This document shows positions 1 to 11,657 of a stretch of DNA of 64,000 nt, piece after piece. Both the position numbers and the translations under genes were made by a program. This DNA comes from Ginglymostoma cirratum. Its lineage: Eukaryota. How positions within the stretch are numbered: position 1 is the stretch's first letter; every line of letters starts with the position of its first letter. The notes below the pieces were generated by a model. That model worked only from the letters and a program-made list of their open reading frames with translations. It ran no database searches and was not told the origin of the DNA. The stretch lies in the NCBI GenBank assembly GCA_024137785.1, contig JAHRHZ010000266.1:1-64000 (forward strand). Reading direction: 5' to 3'.

Positions 1-384
1 AATATCCCTTGTGGCCGAATCAGCAGTAGAAAGGTGTTTATGAGTTGAGAACAGCAGAAGAAGACTGGTAGACCTGGAGAGACTAAGTTTTAACTTATTT
101 CCTTTTTACTTGGGCTTATGTAGGTTGGACTTGTGTTCGATGGAACAGCATGCCAGTTGAATTCAGTTCAGTTAGAGAATAATTAGTAGTTAAGGGGAAA
201 TTGCTCGGTTTGTTAGTAATTCTGTTCATCTGTTCACTGTTAGGGTTAAATAAATAAATTGTTATTTGTTACTTATAAAGTGAATATCAGGGATTTTCTT
301 TCATTTAACCTCCCCTTCTCCTCACCACGTAAGACTCTATACCGATAAAACAGAGGAATTCTTTTTGCTGGGATGTATTACAGA

Positions 385-1690
385 CTCCTAAACTGTCAAG
401 GAGAGATAGAAAGATAGCTATGTTGGCAAGTCTGAGAGAACTATGAAAATAATAAGTCAATAACAGGAGAGATTTCAACTTCCCCAATATTCAATTGGAT
501 AGGCAAAGAGTGAGTGCTTAGAGGGGCCAGAATTCTTATAATATGTCAAGGAGAATTTTTAATTTACTTTAATTTTTAAGCCTGCACACTGAGAGTGCTG
601 CAAGAGACGGGGTGGCCCTGGATCAAATTCTAAAGCACCACATGAGAATATTTGGTGTGTCAGTGAGGAGCATTTCAATGACAGTAAATATGATTTAGGA
701 AGATTTTAGGTTATTAGGGATGAGGACAAAGTTCTGAATGGAGAGAAGGCTGATTTTTATAAGTCAGCATCTGATCAAAGAAGATTGGAAGCAGCTTCCA
801 CATCGGAGCAGAGGGAGGCATTCAAAAGGTGAGTCCAGGGCCAACATGTTCCTGTAAAGGTGAAGGTGACGGATAGGTCTAACAAGTCGAGAGGACTCTG
901 GATGTACAGGATTGCAAAAGGTGAAAAAGAAAGTTTAAGGGAGGTAGTGGGCTCTGAAAACACTGGGTGTCCTCAGAGTTTAGAAAGTACAGAAGGTCAC
1001 TTAAAGAAGAAACTAGGAGAGCAAAGAAGGGACAATATTTTTAAAAAACTGTTAGATAATATTAAGGAAAATCTGCAGAAAGGTCATATGTTTTTCGGGG
1101 CAAGAGAATAACCAGGGAAAGAATAGGGAATATTAGGGAACAAGATGACAGTCTGTGTGTGGAGCCAAAGTCGTGGGTGATGTTTCAAATAAATATTTAC
1201 ATCTGTATTCAGTATGGAGACAAGTACAATGTAGGTACAGAAATCAGGGACGGGGACTGTGATAAATATGAACAAGGTAGCAGATAGAAGGTGGAAAAAG
1301 TAGTTGCCTGATCAGGTTTGAAAGTGGTTAAATGCCCAGGCCCAGGTAAGATGTGTGTGGCACAGGGAAAGAGAATGCAGTGGGTCTGATATTAATTTCA
1401 AATCCTCTTCAGCCACAGGACTGAAGGACAGCTAATGTAGTACTGTTGTTCAAGAAAGATGGTAGTGATAAATCAGGAAACTACAGTCTCGTGAGGCTAA
1501 CAGCAGTGGTGAGGAAACTATTGGAAACAATTTTGAGGGACAGAATGAATTACTACTTGAAGAGGTAATTATTATGGCTTTGTAAAGGAATTGGATTGAA
1601 TTGGATTCAATAGAATTTTCAAGAGGGTGACTTGGTGCGTGGAAAAGGGCAATATAGTTCATGTAGTTGACATGGAGTTCAGTAAGCTTC
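385..1690 (+). mobile_element. Highly degenerate CR1 LINE ORF2 fragment (endonuclease to start of RT)
   Basis: Recognisable CR1 motifs (ggagatttcaacttccccaatatt = GDFNFPNI; gacagctaatgtagtactgttgttcaag = TANV..LFK) with many stops; homologous to 55895-56430. Confidence 0.75.
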
Positions 1691-2269
1691 ACTTAAGGAT
1701 GTTATACTGAATTGACTATCTGCACATTCACCAGATAGGATTCTTTCTGTCCCTCCATGAAACACATTAACGTAAACCAACTCAGTGACTGTTTCTAGCC
1801 CTTCTCCTTGGAGAATTGAAACAGATTCAAATTTATTTTCAACTCTGACAGCCTGGAGATTTCTTTCCAACTCTCAACCTGGAAACTTCCTCACTGTTCT
1901 TATAGACCATAAAACCCAAATTCGTAAATATTCAGCAATTAACTCCCCAGATCACTTAGCTACAGGAACACACTTTCTCATAAAGGTTGTCTTTATTTCA
2001 CTGTTCCAGATCACATTCTGACCCTTACATTAAAAACAAAGCACTTTCACGGAACTGAAAACTTAAATATATTTTCCCTCCAAATTTGAATCCAACGTGG
2101 ATTACACCAGGTCTGAGTGGTTCACGAGGAAATGCCAAAAGGGAAGATTGTTGCTAGAAAACCACCTACTGAAGCAGTGAAGAGAGACAGGAACAAAGTT
2201 GTTGATCAGCAGTATCACTGAAAAATTAGGACTCTATGTGATTCTCTTAAAACTAGTGACTGCCAACAA

Positions 2270-2560
2270 TGGGGTTTCATGGTATTATCAGGACAGTTTA
2301 GAGATTTAGGTCACTTTCTAGGGAATGGGGCTCAAAGCCCACCACCGGAGAGTTTCATTTCTTAAAAATTCTGGAATTAAGAGTCTTGTGATGACCACAA
2401 CCTCTTGAAAAGGAAATTTGTTGTCCTTACCTGGTTGTCCACATGTGACTCCAGAACCACGACAATGTGAGTGACTCTGAACTACCTCTGAACAGTTAGA
2501 GATGGACAATTTTTGCTGGCCCAGCCAGTGCCAATTTCAACCCATGAATGAATGATAAAA
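2270..2560 (+). mobile_element. tRNA-derived SINE (abundant family; other copies about 58262-58565 +, 29850-30170 -, 6455-6850 -, 16830-17240 -)
   Basis: B-box-like gggctcaaagccc, shared body (ctggaattaagagtct..gatgacca, gtgactccaga) and tail gctggcccagccag..catgaatgaat repeated in the window. Confidence 0.7.
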
Positions 2561-3773
2561 ACAAAGAGCCCATAGATGGTGACAAGACCAAATCCATATT
2601 GTCCTAAGGATTCAGGGAATTCTTGACAATGAGCAATGAGATTGACTGCTCCAAGTGTGAAAATTTTTTTTATCAGCAAAGGGTCATAAACCAGGGAAAC
2701 AGATTTAAGGTCGGAGGTAGAGAGTAAGAGGAGAGTTGAGGAGATACTTTTTCTAAAGAGGTTGATAGGAGTCTGGCACTCACTGCCTGAAAGGATGTTT
2801 CAGTAGAAATGCAAGTAACATTTAAGCAGTATTTAGGTATTCATTTAAGTTTCTGTTTTCTTCTTCAATAACCTGCACTTCTGGTCTCTCATTTCTTTTT
2901 GATTTTTTAAACCTCCCTCTAATTGAATACTACCTCCCACCCCCAAACTTACACAACACTTGGCTTAAAGCCCTCAATAAGTTTGTAAAAAGGCATATGG
3001 ACCAAGAGCTACAATATGGTAGAAGTATTATCAGATCTTTGTTGACTGACTCAGACATGATGACCAAAATGCCGTCTTTCCAAGCAGTAAATTTGTTAGA
3101 GTCCATAAACCTATAAGGAAAATTTGAAGGAATGAATCTTCATGCTCAGAACAGTTGATTACTTGTTGACTGACAGTAATTAATATTCATTATATTGATA
3201 AAAGAGTATTGAAGATGAAATAGATAAGATGTAACTTGTTTTGCTACGTTTAGTTTGCGTCTTCAATAGAAATATTGCCACTTCACATCCTTCAGTAAAT
3301 CTGAATTGTCAGTCAACAGCAGGAATTGGTTACATCAAGTAGCAAACTTTGGCTTTCTGTTTTCTGTATTTGTGGTATTATTTGTAAGATATAAAGGCAA
3401 ATGTCTTTATTCTCATCATTGTTACTTCTCAGTCAGTTTTGCCCCAGCATCTCTCTGAAGCCTGGTTGTGTCTGCAGTATTCTGCATCACCCCTCACTTT
3501 CCTGAACGTCATATGAGTTTCTGTGGATCCTGTCCCAGTTGGAGAACTAATGGGAATGCTATGTCACCTTCAGGTGCACAGTGTTACCCTGACTTCAGTT
3601 TTTTGTAAAGCAAATGATTTCTCTCTGATGAAGAAACCACGGTGAAGGAGAAGGCACATCATGCTAAACAGCAACAAGTTTGGGCACTCAATGCCAGATA
3701 ACAGGTGGATCATCAAGGGGGAGGCAACAAATAAAAAAATAGATCTGAAAGTTAGGAATTAGAAAGTACTTAC

Positions 3774-3834
3774 TGTGACACCGCACCGACACTGACAGGA
3801 GGACTGCAGAAAGACATATGTAGAGAGACCTCAT
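3774..3834 (-). CDS. Signal-peptide (leader) exon 1 of a Siglec-15-like/IgSF gene continuing beyond the left edge: MRSLYICLSAVLLSVSVRCH + phase-1 donor
   Basis: ATG at 3834, 20 hydrophobic codons plus 1 nt, then GTAAGT donor; paralog of 62703-62763 with frame and donor conserved. Confidence 0.8.
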
Positions 3835-4224
3835 TGTCAATGCTTCAGTGGTTCACCCTTCTCACTTGCTTCCTCTCGTTCTTTTAGAGAAAAATGCAGA
3901 AGCTACATGACTTCTAGTGCATGACTGGACAAAGGTTAATCAGAAACACAAATGGGAAGTCTGTGTATGGTCAGTAGCAGCTGAAAGAATGATATAACTG
4001 TTGTAAAACTGAGGAACCAACCTTAGCAACATTTCAGAAAAGGGGACATTGCATAAGGTTTGAATACAATCCTCAAAGTTCTCAGCATCAACATCAAAGA
4101 CTCTGAGAGCTGAGGCAGGGTAGGTTAGATACAGAGTAAAGCTTTCTTTCTACTGTCACCATCAAACACTCCCATGACTGGGATAGCATGGGGTTGGAGT
4201 AAAGCTACACTGAAAATTTTCAGC

Positions 4225-4400
4225 TCCCTACTGTGTGGAAGCAGGCTATTTGGTCCATCGAGTCCAAACCACCCCTCCAAAGTGCATCACCCCTAGACTC
4301 ACACACTATCCTATCTCTGAAACCATGGCATTTCCCATGACTAATCCGACAATCCTGCATATCTTTGGACTGAGGGAAGAAACCAGGACAACTGGAGGAA

Positions 4401-4442
<42 letters not shown>

Positions 4443-4560
4443 GGACAATGTGCAAACTGCACATGTACAAACTCGACACAATCATCTGAGGTTGGAAACA
4501 AACTGAGGTCTCCAGAGCTATGCGACAACAGTGCTGACCATTGAGAGACTGTGCCTCCCT
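4225..4560 (-). mobile_element. V-SINE (HE1-like) with internal (CA)n microsatellite at about 4402-4440
   Basis: Reverse complement of the tRNA head/V-domain/CR1-like tail seen at 61127-61423. Confidence 0.75.
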
Positions 4561-5419
4561 AATACATACATTTTATATTTTTAAAATTTTCTTTTCCCTC
4601 CAAATCTTCTTTACTGCGTAAAAGTACTGCCAGATTCTTCACTCATGCTGCTTCGCAGATATAATCACTTCTGACACAGCTGTGAACGTAGAACTGTAGG
4701 TGATCCTGAAAGACCCATAAGGAATGCTGAAAGAGGTTGAAGTTACTCTCACAATTTTGGCTTCAGTTTGAGTATGGAAGACAAATTCATCAGTCAGAGA
4801 AAAGGCATAAAGCTGAAGATATCTTATGAACACTAGCTCCAAAAATATTATGCAGGCAGGCACCGGATTGCCATGTAAGCTTTGTTCCAGATTGTCTTGT
4901 TCTGACAGGATGTGTTGATGTGAAAACAGTATCATAAGGAGAGCAATTATGTCGGATTTTCATCTTCAGACAGTCCTAAATTGATTCATGCTGTTTTGAG
5001 ACTGAATTGAATCTCAAGTGCAAATAACACTTAATTTTCTTGTAACCTCAGTTGAATAATTATGTCCAGGTTCAAACTCACATCTTGGGATGACATCACT
5101 GGCAGGACAGCAACAATATTCATAAGAGGAATTTAAAACAATGAGCACAATTGAGGAGGTGTGGCTCGAGGAAGTGACCAAAATGATAAACAGCAACATG
5201 GAAATTAGGAGCAAGGGTGGGCGATTCATCCCTTTCAGTCTCCTCTGTCTTTCAATGCGATCATGGCTGATCATCGCATTCAGCATCTTGTTCCCACTTT
5301 TGCCCCAGACCCTGTGATCCATTTAACCCTAAGAACTATTTCTAACTCCTTCTTAAAAACACTCCATGTTTTGTCCTCAACTGGTTACTTTGGTGTAGAA
5401 TCCCCATTATACATTGACA

Positions 5420-7095
5420 TGTTTTTGAAACTCAGAGAGTCAGTTGAAATGGATTAAATACACAAAAATGAATATTTGGTTTTATGGACTCGGGCATAGA
5501 GCAGAAAAGCAAGAATGAAAATTTCTCAAACATCAGTTTGAACCTTTGGAGAAACATGAACAATCTGTGCATTATACTTTAAGGAAGGCGTTTCTGTGCA
5601 AAATGGATTAATTTGAATGTTTCCGGAGAAAAGAGGCTTCAGCTCTTTGGAGGAACTGAGGTTGTTTTTCTGAGAGTGGACCAGTTTCAAGGGTCACCAG
5701 ACCTGAAACACTAACTCTAATTTTTTCCACACAGATGCTGCCAGACCTGCTGAGCTTTTCCAGCAACTTCTGCTTTTGTTTCAGATGAGATTTGACGAGA
5801 CAGTCAGTTATTAAATGGACACAGATAAAGGTGATTGACACAAGAATCAGAGGTCACATGGCAGAATTGATGCAAAAGACTCTGGGGAAAAAAAACATGC
5901 AAGTGTGACTAAGTTAGATCATGCTTTCAAAGGGGCAGCACAAGGGCAGTGGGCTGAATAGTCTCCTTCTATCATGTATGATGCTACCAAATAGGAAGCA
6001 GATATTGACTATTCTGCTGCCACACTGGAGAGACACTCCACAAGAGACATGTGTGATACAAAAGAATTAACTCTGATCTGTACCTGTCAGAGAATCAAGC
6101 AGATTATTGAGCTCTGAGCCTCAGAATCATTTGTATTTAATAATTTGAAGCATTACAAAATGTCCTGCAAAATGACCCCAGGTTGACAAATTAATGTCGC
6201 TCAAAAATGATCTTCCTGAATGTTGGAGCAAGCTTGAGGGTCTACCTCCACTCCTATTACTTATGTTCATCTGTTTCATTCTGAGTAGAACCGTTTAGGC
6301 TGTTAGAAACGTTCAGGATAGATGAGATTGGAGCATGGGAGGCTATGGGAGAGTCAAAGGGAAACAAGGGTAGCGAGAGAGAGGTGAGGCAGTGCCAAAT
6401 ATTTGAGGGTGAAGGGACTGAGCAGACAGTGAGAACAGATGAGGCAGCTTTTTCAAATCCCTTCAAGGCCTGTGGGCCTCCCTGGCAAGTTCAGCATTTC
6501 TTGCCCATCCCTTATTGTCCTTGAACTGAGAGGCTTGCTGGGCCACATCAGCGGGCAGGTCAGAGTCAGACACATTGCATTCAATCTGTCCTAAAAGGAC
6601 ACATTGAAGTTTTAAATGGGCATCTGAAATCACCTGTGGGGCCAAAGAGGGAAGGATGGCAGATTTTCTGCCCTGAAAGACATTAGTGAGCGAGGTTTTT
6701 TTTTAAAACAATAATTGATAATAATTCAGGCGGTCACTATCATGAAGACAAGTCTTCAATTCCAGATTTATTCATTCATAAATCCACAAATTGCCCTGGT
6801 GGGAAATGAACCCATCTCCCCAGAGCATGAACCTGATCCTAAGATTCCCCTCAACAGCCCAATTACTAGGAGTCATTTGGGATGCCTAACTGGACAGTTT
6901 CCATTTACTCATACAGAAGGAACACTGATGACTGGCCATGAACAGCTCGAAACTTCGAGGATCGTGCTTTGCCAGTCATTCAGCCAGACGATTAAGCAGC
7001 CAGAAATGGTTATTGTCCAAGAATCCATCCAAAGTCAATGACTTTGATAGTAATCAACAGATAATAATCTGATGAGCCCAATCAGATTCCTTTTC
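5420..7095. repeat. About 1.6-kb direct duplication, paralog at about 15900-17490
   Basis: Collinear matches, e.g. atcatgtatgatgctaccaaataggaagcagatattg and gagctctgagcctcagaatcatttgtatttaa, ending at atctgatgagcccaatcagat in both. Confidence 0.9.
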
Positions 7096-7231
7096 AGAGA
7101 AGAGACTCTCCACAGTGTAGAAACAGGCATTTTGGCCCAACAAGTCAACACTGAACCTCAGAGCATCCCACCCAGGCCCATCCCCCTATAACCCACTTAA
7201 TCTACACATCCCTGAACATTANNNNNNNNNN

Positions 7232-7680
7232 AGGCTGACTCCAGAGTTGAGAGGGTTGGCTTGTGAGGAGAGATTGAGTAGACTGGGATGATGCTCACTA
7301 GGATTTAGAAGATGTAGAGGGTATCTTATAGAAACGTATAAAATTATGAAGGGAATACATGACATTTAATCAGGAAGGTTGTTTAATTGGCAGGTGAAAC
7401 TAGAACTAGGAGACATAGCTTCAAAATAAGGGGGAGCAGATTTAGGACTGAGTTGAGGAAGCATTTCTTCACCCAAAAGGTTGTGAATCTGTGGAATTCC
7501 CTGCTCAGTGGCGCAGTTAGTTTTACCTATGAATGTTTTTTAGGCAAAGATCGATTGATTTTTGAGCAGTTAAGGAATTAAGGGTTAAGGTGAGCGGGCG
7601 GGTAAATGGAGCTCAGTCCATAAAATGATTAGCCATGATCTTATTTAATGGCTAAACATGCTCAATGAGCCAGATGGCCT
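7232..7680 (+). mobile_element. CR1 LINE 3' end (after a 10-N gap)
   Basis: ORF 7387-7581 ETRTRRHSFKIRGSRFRTELRKHFFTQKVVNLWNSL = CR1 ORF2 C-terminus. Confidence 0.9.
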
Positions 7681-8069
7681 GAACATTGAATGTTTTCAAT
7701 TCGATCACAGTTCATAGAATCCCTACAGCGTGGAAGCAGACCATTCAGCCCATCGAGTCACACTGACCCTCCAAAGAACATCCCACCCAGTGAGTGGTGA
7801 AATATCAGGGCGGGCTGGCTCCCTACTATTGGAAATAGGCTGTGTTCTACCTTGCTGGAATTCTGGGTAGGACACTCCGCCATTACAGACTTCTTCTCAA
7901 AATACGAACTGGAGCAGAACAACAGTCTTAATAAATAGAAATAACTCAGTTCTGACAAAGGTCACTGGAGTCCGTTTTCTCTCTCCTGATAGTGTATTTC
8001 TCCAGCACGCTTTTTTTTGGTTTGAGAACGACAATCCCGCTGGAACAGACAAATTAAAAGAGATTGATT

Positions 8070-8395
8070 GCCTAGATTGGCGAACAGCGCCATAAATGCA
8101 CAGCCCTGCATCTTACATCTTTCCCGTTTTGCACTCTATGTGTTCATCCGTTTCCAGGTTCAAAATATTAAATCTGAAATTTATTTTTCAATGGCTTTCG
8201 TATTACCCATAATTCCATAACATTCGGAAACCGCTCTATCTGCAGTTGTGCATTTTCCAGGCAATCAGCGCATGCTCGAACCCACCACACACCGCTGCCG
8301 TTGCTGCAGCACTGAAAGCCATCAATCAATCAATCCAACCAATGGCTGTGAACGAGGGGCGGGGCTTCACCGTGTATTTTCTCATTGGCGATGAG
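8070..8395. promoter_or_regulatory. CpG-enriched promoter-like segment (CCAAT boxes and GC box)
   Basis: CCAAT 8339-8343, GGGGCGGGGC 8356-8365, ATTGG 8384-8388 and about 8076-8080; more CpGs than flanks. Confidence 0.4.
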
Positions 8396-8899
8396 TCTGC
8401 ATCTTTGGAAGTCAGTGTGTTGCAGACCCTGGGAGCAAACGGAATCCAATCATTTCCTCCTCCTCACCAGGGAATTTGTCTCCATTCTTTGAAAACTGGC
8501 TTTTGTGGGTAACAACCATCCCGACCATCCAAACCAATTCTCCTGGGTGGAGAAAAACTCCTCCAAACAGTTCAATCCCTCAACAACAACAAAAACAAAG
8601 TTGCTGGAGAAGCTTAGCAGGTCTGACAGCATCTGTGAAGGAAAAAACAGAGTTAACGTTTCGGGTCCGGTGACCCTTCCACAAGTGACCAATCCCTCTG
8701 TTCACTCTCTCACCTTCTCTGCCCTGAGGAGAACAATCCCAGCTTCTCCAGTCTCTCCAATGAACTGAACACTCTTACTTTGATACTTCACCCTCAGCTC
8801 ATATGACCACAATAACTCCACATTTTGCCCTTAGGGAGGTTCTCCTGGTGCAAAGCGATCAACATTCACGCTAAAACGAAAACATCAATAGAACTGGAT

Positions 8900-9990
8900 T
8901 TATCCGTCCCAATTTGGGTCATTGTTTGTGGAGTCTTACTGTGCTTTATCCTGTGTCATTACATTCACAACATGGATTTACATAACGTGCTTAATGCAAG
9001 AAAATGTCACAAGATGATTCGGAGCAGTTTCGTGAAAAAATATTAAATACCAAGTCAGAACGGCTGACCTTAGAAAGGATGCTTAATCGGTGAGGTCATT
9101 TTTAAAATGCATCTTAAGTGAGGCGGAGAGTTTTGGGAAAAGAATTTCAGAGTTTCACACACAGACATGGATACCACTGCTGCTGTCATTAAAACCTGGG
9201 AGGCTAAAAAGACCAGAATAAAAGGAGCTGAGGTCATGCAGAACTTGGTGCATTTGTAGGGGACAGAGATAGGAATGGACAAGGCCATTAAAGGAACTAA
9301 TAACAAGGATGTCAGTTTTAAATCTGAGGTATTAGTTGCCCAGAAGTATGTCAATGAAGACCAGAGTTATGGATGAAGGAGACACAGTACATGACACTGG
9401 CAGCAGATTCGTGCATGATGATATGATTCCAGTTGTGAGCAGGACCAGAAATGTATTGAATCAAGGTTGAAGGCAACATGGACACAGGTGAGATTTTAGC
9501 AGCAGATGAGCTGGTGTGAAGTGGAAACAGAGAATCTGTTGGAGTTTGAACTTTCTGATATTAGTGATTGCATGGATATGTGGTCAGAAGCTCACCTTGG
9601 GTCAGAAATGAGAGCAAGATTGTGAAGAGTTTAGTCCAGCCGCAGACACTTCCCCGGGAGAGGGATGGAGTTGGTATTCAGGGAACAGAATTTGTAATGG
9701 TGACTGAAGGAAATGGCCTTCTGGATGTGAAACAAGCAGCTTGTTAATTTAATGACTGTGGAGGAATGCAGTGGTAAAGCTGGGTGTTGTTAGTGAACTT
9801 GTGAAAACCAACACAGTATACTTGGATGGTGTCACCTAGTGGCAGCATGTAGGTGAGACATCAGAAGGACCAAGGATAGAAACTGAGGGACGCTGAGTAC
9901 AAGGTCTATGGAGCGGGAAGAGAGGGTGGAGATGGTACAGGATTCTGAATGATGCTAGGATCAAAGGTGGTTTTCTGCCAGGTTGAATGA
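8900..9990 (-). mobile_element. Old L2-like LINE remnant
   Basis: aagctgggtgttgttagtgaacttgtgaaa (about 9777-9808) is a decayed reverse-strand YADDTQL RT motif; L2-like 3' region toward 8900. Confidence 0.5.
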
Positions 9991-10329
9991 TGATGATGCA
10001 TGAAAAGAAAAAGGAGAACTAGAAAAAAGAGAAAACACCATTCACATTATCACTTAATATGGGGACTTGAGTGGTCTGCCGCTAAGTGAGAATTGATCAG
10101 CATGATCTCTGACAAGAACTGATTAGAAACAGGAGAGAAAACTGAAGAAGGATTCAAGATTAAGACAAAATGCGACATGTAAGATGGGGTTTGGACAAAT
10201 GGCCTAGTGGAAGTGAGGGATATAGCAGAGGCACCACATCAGAAACTGATTCCCATTAAAAAGAGTAACTCCCAAATATGATTAACAGTAAAATTCAGTC
10301 TTTGTAGTCACTTGTGAACTCCCAGATGT

Positions 10330-11030
10330 TTCATGCTCTCTTGTCAGAGTGAACCAGTTGATGGGAAATCAATTCCCCAGAACATTTCATACATTTCCTA
10401 CAGTCTGAACATTTAAAAGGTCTCTCATCAGATTGAACTCATTGGTGTGTAATCAGATGGGATGAGTGAGTGAATCCCTTCCCAGACTTGAGCAAGCGAA
10501 TAGTCTCTCTCCAGCGTGAGCACACTAGTGTGCAGTGAGATGGGTTGATTTCCCAAATTCAGTTCCACAGTGAGAGCACCGGAGTGGTCTCTCCCAGTGT
10601 GAATATGTTGATGGATCATCAGATGTTGAGAGTGTTTATCTCATTTCCCACGATCTGAGCATTTAAAAGGTCTCCCATCAGAGCAAGCAAGTTATGGATA
10701 TCAGTCCTTGGCAACTGTTAAAGCATTTCCCACAGTCTGAAATTTTAAAAGGTCTCTCTTCAAAGCGAACGCACTGGTGTCTCAGCAGCTGGGATGATTC
10801 AGTCTATCCCTTGCCACATTCAGTGCAGGTGAGTGGCCTCTCCCAGTGTGAATTCGCCGATGCACAGTCAACTGGGATGATCACCTGAACCCAGTTCCAG
10901 AGTGAGAGAACTTCAGTTGTCTCTCATCAGTTGAAGACCTTGATAGGACATCAGTTCTCCAGAACTTTTATAGCATCTCCTACATTCTGAACATTTAAAA
11001 GGTCGCTCCCTGGTGTGATCTCTCTGGTCT
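10330..11030 (-). pseudogene. Decayed C2H2 (Kruppel-type) zinc-finger array, roughly 8-9 fingers
   Basis: Repeated HTxERPFKC..C.K/R linker/finger motifs ([26 protein letters not shown]; HRRIHTG; CTECGKG; [12 protein letters not shown]) with many stops and frameshifts. Confidence 0.9.
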
Positions 11031-11052
11031 CTCCAAACAGACTCATACAAAT

Positions 11053-11657
11053 GATGAGAGATAAAAGGTACTGCAGATGCTGGAGAATCCGAGATAACAA
11101 GCATGGGGCTGGATGAACACAGCAGGTCAAGCAGCATCATAGGAGCAGGAAAACTTGACGTTTCAGGCCTAAACCCTTCATCAGNNNNNNNNNNNNNNNN
11201 NNNNNNNNNNNNNNNNNNNNNNNNNNNNNNNNNNNNNNNNNNNNNNNNNNNNNNNNNNNNNNNNNNNNNNNNNNNNNNNNNNNNNNNNNNNNNNNNNNNN
11301 NNNNNNNNNNNNNNNNNNNNNNNNNNNNNNNNNNNNNNNNNNNNNNNNNNNNNNNNNNNNNNNNNNNNNNNNNNNNNNNNNNNNNNNNNNNNNNNNNNNN
11401 NNNNNNNNNNNNNNNNNNNNNNNNNNNNNNNNNNNNNNNNNNNNNNNNNNNNNNNNNNNNNNNNNNNNNNNNNNNNNNNNNNNNNNNNNNNNNNNNNNNN
11501 NNNNNNNNNNNNNNNNNNNNNNNNNNNNNNNNNNNNNNNNNNNNNNNNNNNNNNNNNNNNNNNNNNNNNNNNNNNNNNNNNNNNGAAACGTCAAGTTTTC
11601 CTGCTCCTATGATGCTGCTTGACCTGCTGTGTTCATCCAGCCCCATGCTTGTTATCT
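11053..11657. mobile_element. Fold-back Penelope-like terminal-repeat insertion spanning a 400-N gap
   Basis: Inverted arms on both sides of gap 11185-11584; TSD-like cagactcatacaaat (11038-11052) / cagacacatacaaat (11658-11672); hammerhead core CTGATGA..GAAACGTC on - strand at about 11156-11184. Confidence 0.75.

Larger units (their letters stand above)
1190..4010. repeat. Segmental/gene-level duplication copy A (intron 1, leader exon, promoter), paralogous to about 55895-62960
   Basis: Collinear matches: 1680~56425, 1925~56835 (atattcagcaattaactcccc), 2130~58115, 2540~58545, 2720-3240~61100-62170, 3410-4010~62335-62950. Confidence 0.9.

Noticed and set aside
4639-4706. Possible terminal cytoplasmic exon (ITYSST, ITIM-like) after a tctttcag acceptor
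   Set aside because: Not a canonical ITIM, the frame is ambiguous, and there is no upstream TM exon or paralog in the window to support it.
5014-5322. Hydrophobic ORF (LLLISMLLFIILV) as a transmembrane exon
   Set aside because: The segment straddles a CR1 3' tail (agccatgatcgcattgaa..ttgctcctaatt) and has no convincing splice sites.
8825-9046. Hydrophobic ORF VPIWVIVCGVLLCFILC
   Set aside because: Wrong strand for the receptor gene and overlaps a decayed L2/SINE-type tail.
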